NCBI GenBank assembly: GCA_035940955.1
Contig: DASZEJ010000129.1
Span: 16,768-80,767, forward strand
Direction of reading: 5' to 3'
From: Solirubrobacteraceae bacterium
Lineage (GTDB): Bacteria; Actinomycetota; Thermoleophilia; Solirubrobacterales; Solirubrobacteraceae
DNA length: 64,000 nt
The translations under genes were made by a program, and so were the position numbers. The notes beneath the pieces are model-generated. The model did no database searches, was not told where the DNA came from, and saw only the letters and a program-made list of their open reading frames with translations. How positions within the stretch are numbered: the first letter of the stretch is position 1; the number at the start of each line of letters is the position of its first letter. Below, piece after piece: positions 51,362 through 60,957 of the stretch.

Positions 51362-53341
51362 GTGGCCACCCTGCTGATCCTCCTCGGCGCGTTCCTGATC
51401 CTGCTCGCGATCACGGGCGGGATGGGGCGCGCGCGGCGGCGGCGGCTCGAGGCCGAGCGGGAGGCCGAGCGGCGGGCGCTGGAGCGCGCGATCCGCGACG
51501 ATCCCGGCGGCGCGGGCGGCGGCGGGGCGGCTGCGTCGCCGTTCTCCGGGCTGCCCTTCGGCGACCTCTTCGACCAGCTGATGTCGGGCCAGGGCGGGTT
51601 CGCGCGCTCGATGGTCTACGACCCGGCGACCGGGCGGTGGCTCGACGTGAGCGACCGCGAGCCGGAGGCGGCGCCCGAGGCCGAGCGCGAGCAGCGGCCG
51701 CAGGAGCGGCAGCGGCGCCGGCGGCGCAGCACGCAGGCGTCCGCCGGCCCGCTCGGCGGCCTGCTCGGCGGCATGGGCGGCGGCGGCAGCTTCGAGGTCG
51801 AGCCGCCCGGCGAGCTGACGCGCTTCGAGGACGTCGGCGGGATGGACGCGCTCAAGCGCGAGGTCCGCGACACCGTCGGCCTGATGCTCCAGCACCCCGA
51901 CGACGCCGAGCGCTACGGCATCGAGTGGAACGGGATCCTGCTCCACGGCCCGCCCGGCGTCGGCAAGACGTTCTTCGCGCGCGCGATCGCCGGCGAGTAC
52001 GGGCTCAACCTCATCCACGTCTCGACCGGCGACCTCGTCAGCTCGCTGCAGGGCGGCTCGGCGCAGAACATCGACAAGGCCTTCCAGACCGCGCTCGACA
52101 ACCTGCCGTGCCTGCTGTTCTTCGACGAGTTCGACTCGGTCGCGCAGCGCCGCGACGCGACGCCCGACCAGGAGTCGCGCCGCACGGTCAACCAGCTCCT
52201 GACCTCGCTCGAGGCGCACCGCGCCGAGCGGCGGCTGCTCGTCATGGCGGCGACGAACAACCTCGAGCAGCTCGACCCGGCGGTCGTCCGGCCGGGGCGC
52301 TTCGACCGCCACATCCGGATCGACCTGCCCGACGCCGGCGCGCGCCGCGCGATCTTCGCGGCGGAGCTGGACGACCGCCCGGCCGCAGCCGGCATCGACC
52401 TCGACGAGCTCGTCCGCCGCACCGAGGGGATGACGCCCGCCGCGATCTCCAAGGTCGTCGACGCCGCCGCTCTGGAGGTGTTCCGCGAGGCGGCGCGGAC
52501 CGGCGAGGAGCTGCACGTCGACACCGAGCACCTCGTCGGCGCGATCGAGCGCCTCGGCGGGCAGGACCGCCCGCTCGTCGAGCACTGGACGTGGGACTCG
52601 CTGATCCTCCCGCCGGCGATCAAGGCCCAGCTGCAGCAGCTCCAGGCGATCGTCGAGGACCCCGAGTCCGCGCGCCGGTTCGGCATCGACCCGCCGACGG
52701 GGCTGCTGCTCGCCGGTCCGCCCGGCACCGGGAAGACGACGGTCGCCAAGGTGCTCGCGGCGCAGGCGCGCGCGTCGTTCTATCCCATCTCCGGCGCCGA
52801 CGTGATGAGCAAGTGGGTCGGCGAGACCGAGGGCAACATCCGCCGGCTGTTCGAGCGGGCGCGCGCGAACCGGCCGTCGATCGTGTTCATCGACGAGATC
52901 GACGCGGTCGCGGGGCGGCGCGGCGCGACGCTCGGCCACGACGACAGCCACGTCAACCAGCTGCTGAGCGAGATCGACGGCGTGGCGGGCCAGCGGGGCG
53001 TGTTCGTGATCGGCGCGACGAACCGCCCCGACCAGATCGACCCGGCGCTGCTGCGCGGCGGGCGGCTCTCGCGGACGGTCATGCTCGGCCTGCCCGACGA
53101 GGCCGGCCGCCTCGCGCTGCTGCGGCTCCACACCGCGCGGATGCCGACGGTCGCCGTCCGGCTCGACGAGATCGCGCGCGCCACCGACGGCATGTCGCCC
53201 GCCGACCTCAAGGCGCTGTGCCAGGAGGCCGCGCTCGCCGCGATGACGCGCGGGTCGGAGGGCTCGGTGACGCACGACGACTTCACCGACGCCATCGACC
53301 TGATGCGCTCGGGCCGCGCGGCGCAGGCGAGCTCGTACTAG
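51362..53341 (+). CDS. membrane-anchored AAA+ ATPase with two AAA modules (CDC48/VCP-like)
   Basis: N-terminal TM 'ATLLILLGAFLILLAITGG'. Walker A motifs 'LHGPPGVGKT' and 'LAGPPGTGKT'. Walker B motifs 'LLFFDEFD' and 'IVFIDEID'. Confidence 0.85.
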   Translation: MATLLILLGAFLILLAITGGMGRARRRRLEAEREAERRALERAIRDDPGGAGGGGAAASPFSGLPFGDLFDQLMSGQGGFARSMVYDPATGRWLDVSDREPEAAPEAEREQRPQERQRRRRRSTQASAGPLGGLLGGMGGGGSFEVEPPGELTRFEDVGGMDALKREVRDTVGLMLQHPDDAERYGIEWNGILLHGPPGVGKTFFARAIAGEYGLNLIHVSTGDLVSSLQGGSAQNIDKAFQTALDNLPCLLFFDEFDSVAQRRDATPDQESRRTVNQLLTSLEAHRAERRLLVMAATNNLEQLDPAVVRPGRFDRHIRIDLPDAGARRAIFAAELDDRPAAAGIDLDELVRRTEGMTPAAISKVVDAAALEVFREAARTGEELHVDTEHLVGAIERLGGQDRPLVEHWTWDSLILPPAIKAQLQQLQAIVEDPESARRFGIDPPTGLLLAGPPGTGKTTVAKVLAAQARASFYPISGADVMSKWVGETEGNIRRLFERARANRPSIVFIDEIDAVAGRRGATLGHDDSHVNQLLSEIDGVAGQRGVFVIGATNRPDQIDPALLRGGRLSRTVMLGLPDEAGRLALLRLHTARMPTVAVRLDEIARATDGMSPADLKALCQEAALAAMTRGSEGSVTHDDFTDAIDLMRSGRAAQASSY

Positions 53342-54225
53342 CCGGCGCGCTGGACGCGGCGGCCGTCGGGCGAGGCGAGGAACGTGCCCGCGCCGGCGCG
53401 CAGGAACGCCGACCACCGCAGCTCCGGGACGTTCGTGAGCACGAGGTAGTCGAACTCCGACGGCCGCCGTCCCCGCGTCGCCGCGCGCACGATCCGCGCC
53501 GGCGCCGCCGGGTCGATCCGCGACCACGCGAACCCCTCTGCGCCGCCGCCGGGCGTGGTGGAGAGCACGCTCGCGTCGCCGCGCCACGTGGTCCGCGCGA
53601 ACTGCGTGGTGCCGTCCGGCGCCACCGACTGCACGAGCAGCGTGCCCGCGTCGAGCCGCACCAGGCGCACCCGTGGCGCCTTCGTGAGCCGGCGCAGCCG
53701 GCGCAGCGCCGGGGCGAGGTTCTCGTCGCGCAGGAGCGACGCGCGGCCCAGGCCGCGCGGCGGCTCGGCCGACGGCGGGGCGTCGTTCGGCGCCGGGAGC
53801 GTCGGCAGCGCGTCGTCGACCGTCTCGATGGCGTCGCCCACCAGCGCGGCGACGAACACCCCGACCGCGCCGATGAAGAGCAGGACGACGACGGCGAACG
53901 CGCACCCGAGGCCGCGGCGGCGCGGCCGGTCGCCGGGGATCCCGGTGATCGTCGGCGCGCGCCCGGCGAGGGAACCGGACGCCGGCACGCGGCCCGTCGC
54001 GCGCTCGGCCGTCCGCGTGCCGCCGAGCCGCTCCGCCGCGCGGTCGGCGCCCTCGCCGAGCAGGGCCGTGACGCGGTCCGCCCGCGCGCGCTGCCGCGCC
54101 GCGCGGTCGGGCCGCTCCGGCGCCGCCACCTCGGCCGCGCCGGTCTCCGCGTTCGAGCTCGTCCAGCCCATCTCGGCGAGCGGGTCCTCGCCCTTGTCCC
54201 GCCCGAAAGGATCGGTGTCCGCCAT
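53338..54225 (-). CDS. single-pass membrane protein, hypothetical
   Basis: The Met at 54225 begins an acidic N-terminus, followed by a TM 'FAVVVLLFIGAVGVFVAALVG' and an extracytoplasmic domain. Its stop overlaps the AAA gene stop (CTAG). Confidence 0.6.
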   Translation of the reverse strand: MADTDPFGRDKGEDPLAEMGWTSSNAETGAAEVAAPERPDRAARQRARADRVTALLGEGADRAAERLGGTRTAERATGRVPASGSLAGRAPTITGIPGDRPRRRGLGCAFAVVVLLFIGAVGVFVAALVGDAIETVDDALPTLPAPNDAPPSAEPPRGLGRASLLRDENLAPALRRLRRLTKAPRVRLVRLDAGTLLVQSVAPDGTTQFARTTWRGDASVLSTTPGGGAEGFAWSRIDPAAPARIVRAATRGRRPSEFDYLVLTNVPELRWSAFLRAGAGTFLASPDGRRVQRAG

Positions 54226-54289
54226 GTCAGGGCGAGCATCGCACGGAAAAGTGGCAGGCGCCACGTCTTTGCCACTACGCTGGCCCGCA

Positions 54290-56191
54290 GTGCGCCGCCT
54301 GAGCCTCGTCCTCGCGCTCGTCCTCGCGGCGCTCACCGCCGCCGCGCCGGCCGAGGCGGCGAAGCGCAGGCCCGTCAAGCGGCAGCTCACGGCGTTCCGC
54401 TCGTGCGACGGCCTCGTCGCGTTCGCCGAGCGCCGCGCGCGCCGCTTCGGGAGCGACGTGTACGCCACCCGCCGGCCGGTGTCCGGCGGCGGGCTCGTCG
54501 CGCCGCGGCCCGGCGTCGCCGAGCGCCAGGACGCCGCCGCCGGCCCGAGCGCCGACGGCGCGCAGCCCGCCGCGCCGGTCGAGGGCACCGACTACTCGGG
54601 CACCAACGTCCAGGAGGCGGGCGTCGACGAGCCCGACGCGGTCAAGACCGACGGCCGGCGGCTGTTCGTCGCGATGAACCAGCGGCTGTACGCGATCGAC
54701 CTGACGGGCGACCAGCCGCGGCTCGCCGCGTCCCTGCCGCTCGAGGGCGACGGCCACGAGCTGCTGCTGCGCGGCGGCAAGCTGCTCGTGCTGTCGAGCG
54801 GCGGCTTCGAGGGCCCGATGCCGATGCCGGTCGCGCGGCCGGAGGGCGACGGCGCGCCGCCGCCGTACGTGTACGCCCCGCGCGCGAGGCTGCTCGAGGT
54901 CGACGCGGGCACGCTGAAGGTGATCCGCACCCTGGAGCTGCCGGGCACCGTGGTCGGCGGGCGCCTGCGCGGCTCGACCGCCCGCGTGGCGATCGCGACG
55001 CCGACGGGCATCGCGCCCGAGGGCGCCCCCGAGCTGCGCCGCTGGCTGCCGGCGATGGCGGTCACCCCCGCGAGCACCGGCCGCCCGCTGCGCCGGTCGA
55101 TCGCCCGCTGCTCCGCCGTCAGGCGCCCCGCGATCTTCGCCGGGCTCGGCCTCCTCACCGTCCTGACCATCGACCTCGACCGCGGCGTCTCGCCGGTCGA
55201 CTCCGACGCGATCCTCGCCGACGCCTCCACCGTCTACGCCTCGAAGGACCGGATGTACCTGGCCACCGAGCGCTGGGTCGACTCGCAGGACGCGCAGGAG
55301 GACGGCGTGCCGGTGGGCCGCTCGACGGCGATCCACGGGTTCGACGTCGCCGACGCCGGCCGGACCGCCTACGCCGGCAGCGGCACCGTGCGCGGCTACC
55401 TGCTCAACCAGTTCTCCCTGTCCGAGTACCGCGGCGCCCTGCGGGTGGCGACCACCGAGGAGCCGTCGTGGCTCGGCGACGTCGGGGCCGACCGGCGCAG
55501 CGAGAGCTTCGTGACCGTGCTCGACGAGCGGCCGGCCGGCCTGGCGCAGGTCGGGCGCGTCGGCGGCCTGGGCCGCGGCGAGCGGATCTACGCGGTGCGC
55601 TTCGCCGGCGACGCCGGCTTCGTCGTCACGTTCCGCCAGACCGACCCGCTGTACACGCTCGACCTCTCGCGTCCGGCGAGCCCGCGCGTCGCCGGCGAGC
55701 TGAAGATCCCCGGCTACTCCTCCTACCTGCACCCGATCGGCGGCGGCCTGATGCTCGGCGTCGGGCAGGACGCCGACGCGGACGGCCGCGTTCGCGGCGC
55801 CCAGGTGTCGCTGTTCGACGTCGGCGACCTGAGCGACCCGCGGCGGCTGCACCAGCTCCGCTTCGGCCGCTACGCGAGCACGCTCGCCGAGCACGACCAC
55901 CACGCGTTCCTGTGGTGGCCGGCGGCGAAGCTGCTCGTCCTGCCGCTCGCCGAGTACGGCGACCGCTCGGAGGACGCGTTCCTCGGCGCGGTCGGGCTGC
56001 GCGTCGACCGCGCGGCGGGCTTCGCCGAGGCGGGGCGCACGGAGCACCCCGACGTCGACGGCTACCGGCCGCAGGTCGTGCGGGCGGCCGTCGTCGACGG
56101 CCGCCTCTACACGATCTCCTACGCCGGGGTCCAGGCCGGCCGGCTCGACACGCTCGCCGGCACGGCCTGGGTGGCGTTCCCGCAGCCCTAG
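54290..56191 (+). CDS. secreted beta-propeller-domain protein
   Basis: The GTG at 54290 gives a signal peptide 'VRRLSLVLALVLAALTAAAPAEA'. 'GTNVQEAGVDEPDAVKTDG' and 'FRQTDPLYTLDLS...PGYSSYLHP' are typical of the beta_propel family. An alternative ATG lies at 54224. Confidence 0.75.
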   Translation: MRRLSLVLALVLAALTAAAPAEAAKRRPVKRQLTAFRSCDGLVAFAERRARRFGSDVYATRRPVSGGGLVAPRPGVAERQDAAAGPSADGAQPAAPVEGTDYSGTNVQEAGVDEPDAVKTDGRRLFVAMNQRLYAIDLTGDQPRLAASLPLEGDGHELLLRGGKLLVLSSGGFEGPMPMPVARPEGDGAPPPYVYAPRARLLEVDAGTLKVIRTLELPGTVVGGRLRGSTARVAIATPTGIAPEGAPELRRWLPAMAVTPASTGRPLRRSIARCSAVRRPAIFAGLGLLTVLTIDLDRGVSPVDSDAILADASTVYASKDRMYLATERWVDSQDAQEDGVPVGRSTAIHGFDVADAGRTAYAGSGTVRGYLLNQFSLSEYRGALRVATTEEPSWLGDVGADRRSESFVTVLDERPAGLAQVGRVGGLGRGERIYAVRFAGDAGFVVTFRQTDPLYTLDLSRPASPRVAGELKIPGYSSYLHPIGGGLMLGVGQDADADGRVRGAQVSLFDVGDLSDPRRLHQLRFGRYASTLAEHDHHAFLWWPAAKLLVLPLAEYGDRSEDAFLGAVGLRVDRAAGFAEAGRTEHPDVDGYRPQVVRAAVVDGRLYTISYAGVQAGRLDTLAGTAWVAFPQP

Positions 56192-56198
56192 CGGCCGG

Positions 56199-57296
56199 CT
56201 AGGGGACGACCGGCGCGGGGGCCGGGACCGGCACGATCTGGCCGTTCGCCGGCGTGCCGACCGCGGTCACGCGCGTGCCGCCCATGATCCCGAGGCCCTG
56301 GCGCATGAGCGGGTCGACGTACAGGTGGGTGTTGATGCCCGCCGCCTCCATGTTCGCCCCGACCGTGTCGCCGAGCAGCGTGTTCGAGGCCGAGCCCGAG
56401 TCGCCCGGCGAGATCGCGCCGAAGAACATGAAGTGCGTCGCGCCCCAGTGCAGCGCGGTCGCCGACCGCGGCGTGCCGGCCGGGAAGCCGACGCCGGTGC
56501 CGTGCCCGTAGTGCACGAGCTGCTGGGCGAGGAACGGGTCCGGGTTCACCGTCACCGTGGGGATCAGGCCGTTCCGCGGGATCGTCACGCCCACCGGCGT
56601 GCCGGTCTTCGTGAAGACGCCGCGCGGGCCGCCCCAGAACGCCATCGTCGGCGTCACCAGCGACTGGTACGGGGCGTCGACCGAGATCAGCGCGTAGTCG
56701 TCGCCGAGGCCGTTGTCGTGCGAGACCTTGTACGTGCCGAAGTCGAGGACGATCGGGTTGAGCGTGCCGGCGCGGTTGCCGAACGCCGCGATCACCGTCC
56801 CCTTGTCGCCGACCTTGCCGCAGTGGCCGGCGGTGCTGATGCTGTAGCTGCCGGGCGACCCGTAGACGTGCGCGGTCGTGCACCAGCCGATCGCGTTGTC
56901 GGTGATCGTCAGGAGCAGCGCGCCGGGCCGGATGCCGAAGAAGCCGGCGCCCGCGTACGTCGCGACGGTCGGCAGCGCGACCGCCGTCCGGTTGCCCTGG
57001 CGGTCGATCATCGTCGGCGTCGAGAAGCGCTTGCCGAGCAGGAAGCGCTTGGGCGGCAGGCCGAGCAGCCTGAGGTCGCGGTTGGAGAGGTTGAACCGCA
57101 GCTCCTGCCAGCCGCTGCCGCGCGAGCGCAGCTGCGCGAGGTGGCGCTGCTTGAGCTCGGCGAGCGCCGAGGGCGCGATGCGGTACGGCTCGATCTTGAC
57201 CTTCTGGGCCGCACGCGCGTCGGCGGCGGCGGGGGATGCGAGCGCGAGGACGGCGACGAGGGCCGTGACGGTGCCCGCGAAACGGCGAACGGTCAT
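56199..57296 (-). CDS. secreted trypsin-fold serine-protease-like protein
   Basis: Signal peptide 'TVTALVAVLALASPAAADA'. 'STAGHCG', 'DDYALISV' and 'SPGDSGS' are candidate His/Asp/Ser triad motifs. Confidence 0.7.
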   Translation of the reverse strand: MTVRRFAGTVTALVAVLALASPAAADARAAQKVKIEPYRIAPSALAELKQRHLAQLRSRGSGWQELRFNLSNRDLRLLGLPPKRFLLGKRFSTPTMIDRQGNRTAVALPTVATYAGAGFFGIRPGALLLTITDNAIGWCTTAHVYGSPGSYSISTAGHCGKVGDKGTVIAAFGNRAGTLNPIVLDFGTYKVSHDNGLGDDYALISVDAPYQSLVTPTMAFWGGPRGVFTKTGTPVGVTIPRNGLIPTVTVNPDPFLAQQLVHYGHGTGVGFPAGTPRSATALHWGATHFMFFGAISPGDSGSASNTLLGDTVGANMEAAGINTHLYVDPLMRQGLGIMGGTRVTAVGTPANGQIVPVPAPAPVVP

Positions 57297-57396
57297 GGGG
57301 GGAACCTCCGGGTTTCCGTTGCGTTCAGGGTTCCCAACGTGATCGCGGGCGCAAACTGGCGGCCAACCTTCGGGTGCCTTGCGCGTTCAGAGGGGC

Positions 57397-57597
57397 ATGG
57401 GCATTGGAACCAGCATCTTCCTTCTCGCGGCCGGCGCGATCCTCGCGTTCGCCGTGACCGACGCGATCTCCGGCGTCGACCTCACCGTCGTCGGCTACAT
57501 CCTCATGGCCGCCGGGGCGCTCGGCCTCGTCGTCTCCATGCTGCTGATGAACCGCGCGCGCCGCGCGACCGTGGTGCGCGAGCGCGACGTGTACTGA
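57397..57597 (+). CDS. small two-TM membrane protein (resembles the actinobacterial DUF6458 type)
   Basis: 'MGIGTSIFLLAAGAILAFAV...VVGYILMAAGALGLVVSMLL'. The ATG at 57397 is preceded by AGAGGGG. Confidence 0.65.
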   Translation: MGIGTSIFLLAAGAILAFAVTDAISGVDLTVVGYILMAAGALGLVVSMLLMNRARRATVVRERDVY

Positions 57598-57616
57598 CCC
57601 CGCGCCGCGGGGGTAA

Positions 57617-57657
57617 GGCCCTCCCGAGGGGCAGTTTCTCCGAACTTCGGGAGGGCC
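57617..57657 (+). promoter_or_regulatory. 11-bp inverted repeat that encloses the WS/DGAT ribosome-binding site
   Basis: GGCCCTCCCGA (57617-57627) pairs with TCGGGAGGGCC (57647-57657) across a 19-nt loop. The right arm contains GGGAGGG, 4-5 nt before the ATG at 57660. Confidence 0.4.
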
Positions 57658-57659
57658 GG

Positions 57660-59183
57660 ATGCGGCAGCTGACGAGCCTGGATGCGCAGTTCCTGGCGAT
57701 GGAGTCGCCGAGCACGTACGGGCACGTGTCGGGCCTGGCGATCTACGACCCGTCGACCCGGCCGGGCGGCAAGCTCGAGCTCAAGGACGTCTGCCGCCTG
57801 GTGGGCGAGCGCATCCACATGCTGCCGCCGTTCCGGTGGAAGCTCGTCGAGGTGCCGTTCGGGCTCGACCTGCCGTACTGGGTGGAGGACCCCGACTTCG
57901 ACCTCGACTTCCACATCCGCGAGAGCGCTGTGCCGCCGCCGGGCAACAAGCGCCAGCTCGCCGAGACGGTGGCGCGGATCGTCGCGCGGCCGCTCGACCG
58001 CGCGCGCCCGCTGTGGGAGCTGTACGTCATCCACGGCATCGAGGGCGGCAGGTACGTCGGGCTGCTCACGAAGGTCCACCACGCGGCGGTCGACGGCGTG
58101 TCGGGCGCGGAGATCCTCGGCGCGCTGGTCGACCTGTCCCCGGAGGGGCGCGAGCTGCCGCCGCGGGGCGACGACGTGTTCGGCGAGCGGGAGCCGTCGC
58201 AGTGGGAGATGCTCGGCCGCGGGCTGCTCGGGGTGCCGCGCCAGCCGCTGCGCGCGGCGCGCGCGGTCCCGGCGACGGTGCCGAACCTGCCGGAGCTGCC
58301 GGGCGCGCAGCTGCTCCCCGGCATGGGGACGCTCGGGCGCGTGACGACCGCGGTCAAGCGCCGGCTCGACGGCGGCGGCGACGGCGAGGTGCTCGACCCG
58401 CAGTCGCTGAGCGTCCCGCGGACGTTCTTCAACCAGCGGATCTCGCCGCACCGCCGGTTCTCGTTCGACTCGCTGCCGCTCGAGCGGGTCAAGGCGGTCA
58501 AGAACGAGCTGGGGATCACGGTCAACGACGTCGTGGTCGCGGCGTGCGCGACGGGCGTGCGCGAGTGGCTGCTCGAGCTCGGCGAGCTGCCGGACGAGCC
58601 GCTGGTGGCGATGGTGCCGGTGTCGGTGCGCAAGCCGGAGGAGGCGGGGACGTTCGGCAACCGGGTGTCGGTGATGATCGTCCCGATCCCGACCGACGAG
58701 CCCGACCCGCGCCGGCGGCTGATGCGGGCGCACGAGACGCTGGCGGCGGCGAAGACCCGGCACCGGGCGCTGCCGGCGAGCATCCTGCAGGACGCGACGC
58801 AGTTCGTCCCGCCGGCGCTGTTCAGCCGCGCGGCGCGCGTGATCGCGCAGGTCTCGGCGGGGGTGCAGCCGCCGCTGAACCTCGTGATCTCGAACGTGCC
58901 GGGGCCGCCCGTGCCGCTGTTCCTCGCGGGCGCGAAGCTCGTCGCGCACTACCCGGTGTCGGTCATCACCGACGGCGTCGGGCTGAACATCACGTGCCTG
59001 AGCTACCTCGACCACGTCGACTTCGGGATCGTGGCCGACCGGGAGCTGATCGACGACGCCTGGCCGCTCATGAACGCGATCCGCTCCGGGCTGGCGGACC
59101 TCGACGCGGTCGTGTGCGGCGGGCGGACGGAGCCGGCGCGGCCTCGCGGGCGGGCCGAGCGCCAGAAGCTGCCGGCGACGTAG
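57660..59183 (+). CDS. wax ester synthase/diacylglycerol acyltransferase (WS/DGAT)
   Basis: 'LDAQFLAMES' N-terminus, catalytic 'HHAAVDGVSG', and 'NVPGP' near the C-terminus. The track ORF 56325..59183 includes an antisense artefact at its N-terminus. Confidence 0.9.
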   Translation: MRQLTSLDAQFLAMESPSTYGHVSGLAIYDPSTRPGGKLELKDVCRLVGERIHMLPPFRWKLVEVPFGLDLPYWVEDPDFDLDFHIRESAVPPPGNKRQLAETVARIVARPLDRARPLWELYVIHGIEGGRYVGLLTKVHHAAVDGVSGAEILGALVDLSPEGRELPPRGDDVFGEREPSQWEMLGRGLLGVPRQPLRAARAVPATVPNLPELPGAQLLPGMGTLGRVTTAVKRRLDGGGDGEVLDPQSLSVPRTFFNQRISPHRRFSFDSLPLERVKAVKNELGITVNDVVVAACATGVREWLLELGELPDEPLVAMVPVSVRKPEEAGTFGNRVSVMIVPIPTDEPDPRRRLMRAHETLAAAKTRHRALPASILQDATQFVPPALFSRAARVIAQVSAGVQPPLNLVISNVPGPPVPLFLAGAKLVAHYPVSVITDGVGLNITCLSYLDHVDFGIVADRELIDDAWPLMNAIRSGLADLDAVVCGGRTEPARPRGRAERQKLPAT

Positions 59184-59201
59184 GGGCGGTACGCTCAGAG
59201 G

Positions 59202-59855
59202 GTGTTCTTCACGCGCAAGAAGCTCGACCTGCCGAGCGCTGAGGAGGCGCTGCCCGGCCGCGACGCGGAGATGCCGGTCCCGGCCGCGCACGAGGTGCTC
59301 GGCACGCCTCTGAAGCCCCCGTTCCCCGAGGGGACGCAGACCGCGGTGTTCGCCCTCGGCTGCTTCTGGGGCGCCGAGCGCGTGTTCTGGCAGGCCCCCG
59401 GCGTGTTCACGACCGCCGTCGGCTACGCGGGCGGCCTGACGCCGAACCCGACGTACGAGGAGGTCTGCAGCGGCCGGACCGGCCACGCGGAGGTCGTCCT
59501 CGTCGTCTTCGACCCGAAGGCCACCTCGTACGACGCGATGCTCAAGCTGTTCTGGGAGAACCACGACCCGACGCAGGGCATGCGGCAGGCGAACGACGTC
59601 GGGACGCAGTACCGGTCGGCGATCTACGTGAGCTCGGACGAGCAGCGGCGCGCCGCGGAGGCGTCGCGCGACGCGTTCCAGCCCCGGCTGGCGGAGCGCG
59701 GCTACGGCGACATCACGACCGAGATTGTGGACGCCGGCCCGTTCTACTACGCCGAGGACTACCACCAGCAGTACCTCGCGAAGAACCCGAACGGGTACTG
59801 CGGGCTGGGCGGCACGGGCGTGAGCTGCCCGATCGGCGTCGCGTCGGCGGGCTGA
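59202..59855 (+). CDS. msrA: peptide-methionine (S)-S-oxide reductase
   Basis: '[11 protein letters not shown]' active-site motif and 'YHQQYL'. Confidence 0.92.
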   Translation: MFFTRKKLDLPSAEEALPGRDAEMPVPAAHEVLGTPLKPPFPEGTQTAVFALGCFWGAERVFWQAPGVFTTAVGYAGGLTPNPTYEEVCSGRTGHAEVVLVVFDPKATSYDAMLKLFWENHDPTQGMRQANDVGTQYRSAIYVSSDEQRRAAEASRDAFQPRLAERGYGDITTEIVDAGPFYYAEDYHQQYLAKNPNGYCGLGGTGVSCPIGVASAG

Positions 59856-59905
59856 GGACCGGCCGCAATGTGAAGGTGCCAGGCACCGTGGTGGGGCGCA
59901 AGCGA

Positions 59906-59925
59906 GATTTAGCCATGCCATAATC
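59906..59925. promoter_or_regulatory. imperfect 20-bp palindrome overlapping a CATAAT -10-like hexamer, 7 nt upstream of the MCO start
   Basis: GATTTAGCCA|TGCCATAATC has 7 of 10 positions symmetric. CATAAT at 59919-59924 ends 7 nt before the ATG at 59932, and no Shine-Dalgarno sequence is present, which suggests a leaderless mRNA. Confidence 0.3.
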
Positions 59926-59931
59926 GTCCGC

Positions 59932-60957
59932 ATGGCACGGCTGACTCGCCGGCGGCTCCTTGCTTCGCTCCCCGCCGCGGGAGTGGGGGCTGCGGCCCTG
60001 CACGCCGCCGTTCCGCATTCGCACGGCGGCGGCGGCGTCGCCGCGGCGGCGGAGAACGGGCATGCCGGGCATGGCGGGGGGCATGCCTCGTTCCGCGGCA
60101 CCGTCGACCACCGCCGCAACGGGTTCGATCCGCACCGCACGCTCCGCGACTTCGACTGGGGCCGCACGCGGCGGCTGGCGAGCGGGCGGGTGCTGCGCGA
60201 GTGGGAGCTGACGGCGACCGAGAAGGAGATCGAGGTCGCGCCCGGCGTCCGGTTCGCCGCGTGGGTCTACAACGACCGCCTCCCCGGCCCGACGCTGCGC
60301 GCCCGCGAGGGCGAGCGGCTGCGGATCACGCTGCGCAACGCCTCGGTGCACCCGCACACGATCCACTTCCACGGCCTGCACCCCGCGGCGATGGACGGCG
60401 TCGCCGGGGCCGGCGCGGGCGAGGTCGCCCCCGGCGGCACGACCGTCTACGAGTTCGACGCCGAGCCGTTCGGGCTGCACCTCTACCACTGCCACGTCCG
60501 CCCGCTCGCCGAGCACATCCAGAAGGGGCTGTACGGCGCGTTCGTCGTCGACCCGAAGCAGGGGCGCGAGGAGGCCGACGAGCTCGTGATGGTCATGCAC
60601 GGGCTCGACACGAACTTCGACCGCGAGAACGAGATCTACGCCGTCAACGGCATCGGCTTCGCGTACATGGACCCGCCGATCCAGGTCAGGCGCGGCGAGC
60701 TCGTCCGGATCTACCTCGCGAACCTCACCGAGTTCGACCCGGTCAACTCGTTCCACGTCCACGGGAACTTCTTTCACTACTTCCCCACCGGCACCTCGCT
60801 GCAGCCGGTCGAGCTGACCGACACCGTCATGCAGTGCCAGGGCCAGCGCGGCATCCTCGAGCTGCGCTTCCGGCGCGCCGGGAGGTTCATGTTCCACGCC
60901 CACCAGTCGGAGTTCACCGAGCTCGGCTGGCAGGGCTTCTTCGAGGTGGTCGACTAG
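59932..60957 (+). CDS. Tat-exported two-domain multicopper oxidase (NirK-like fold)
   Basis: Twin-arginine signal 'MARLTRRRLLASL'. Cu-ligand motifs are 'HPHTIHFHG', 'YHCHV' (HCH in the first cupredoxin domain), 'FHVHG' and 'FHAHQ'. Confidence 0.8.
   Translation: MARLTRRRLLASLPAAGVGAAALHAAVPHSHGGGGVAAAAENGHAGHGGGHASFRGTVDHRRNGFDPHRTLRDFDWGRTRRLASGRVLREWELTATEKEIEVAPGVRFAAWVYNDRLPGPTLRAREGERLRITLRNASVHPHTIHFHGLHPAAMDGVAGAGAGEVAPGGTTVYEFDAEPFGLHLYHCHVRPLAEHIQKGLYGAFVVDPKQGREEADELVMVMHGLDTNFDRENEIYAVNGIGFAYMDPPIQVRRGELVRIYLANLTEFDPVNSFHVHGNFFHYFPTGTSLQPVELTDTVMQCQGQRGILELRFRRAGRFMFHAHQSEFTELGWQGFFEVVD

Noticed and set aside
53338-53341. Palindromic overlaps of convergent stops (CTAG at 53338-53341) and of divergent starts (CATG at 54223-54226) might be regulatory features.
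   Set aside because: These 4-nt palindromes are trivial consequences of compact gene packing. The plus-strand ATG at 54224 is probably not the real start, since the signal peptide begins at the GTG at 54290.
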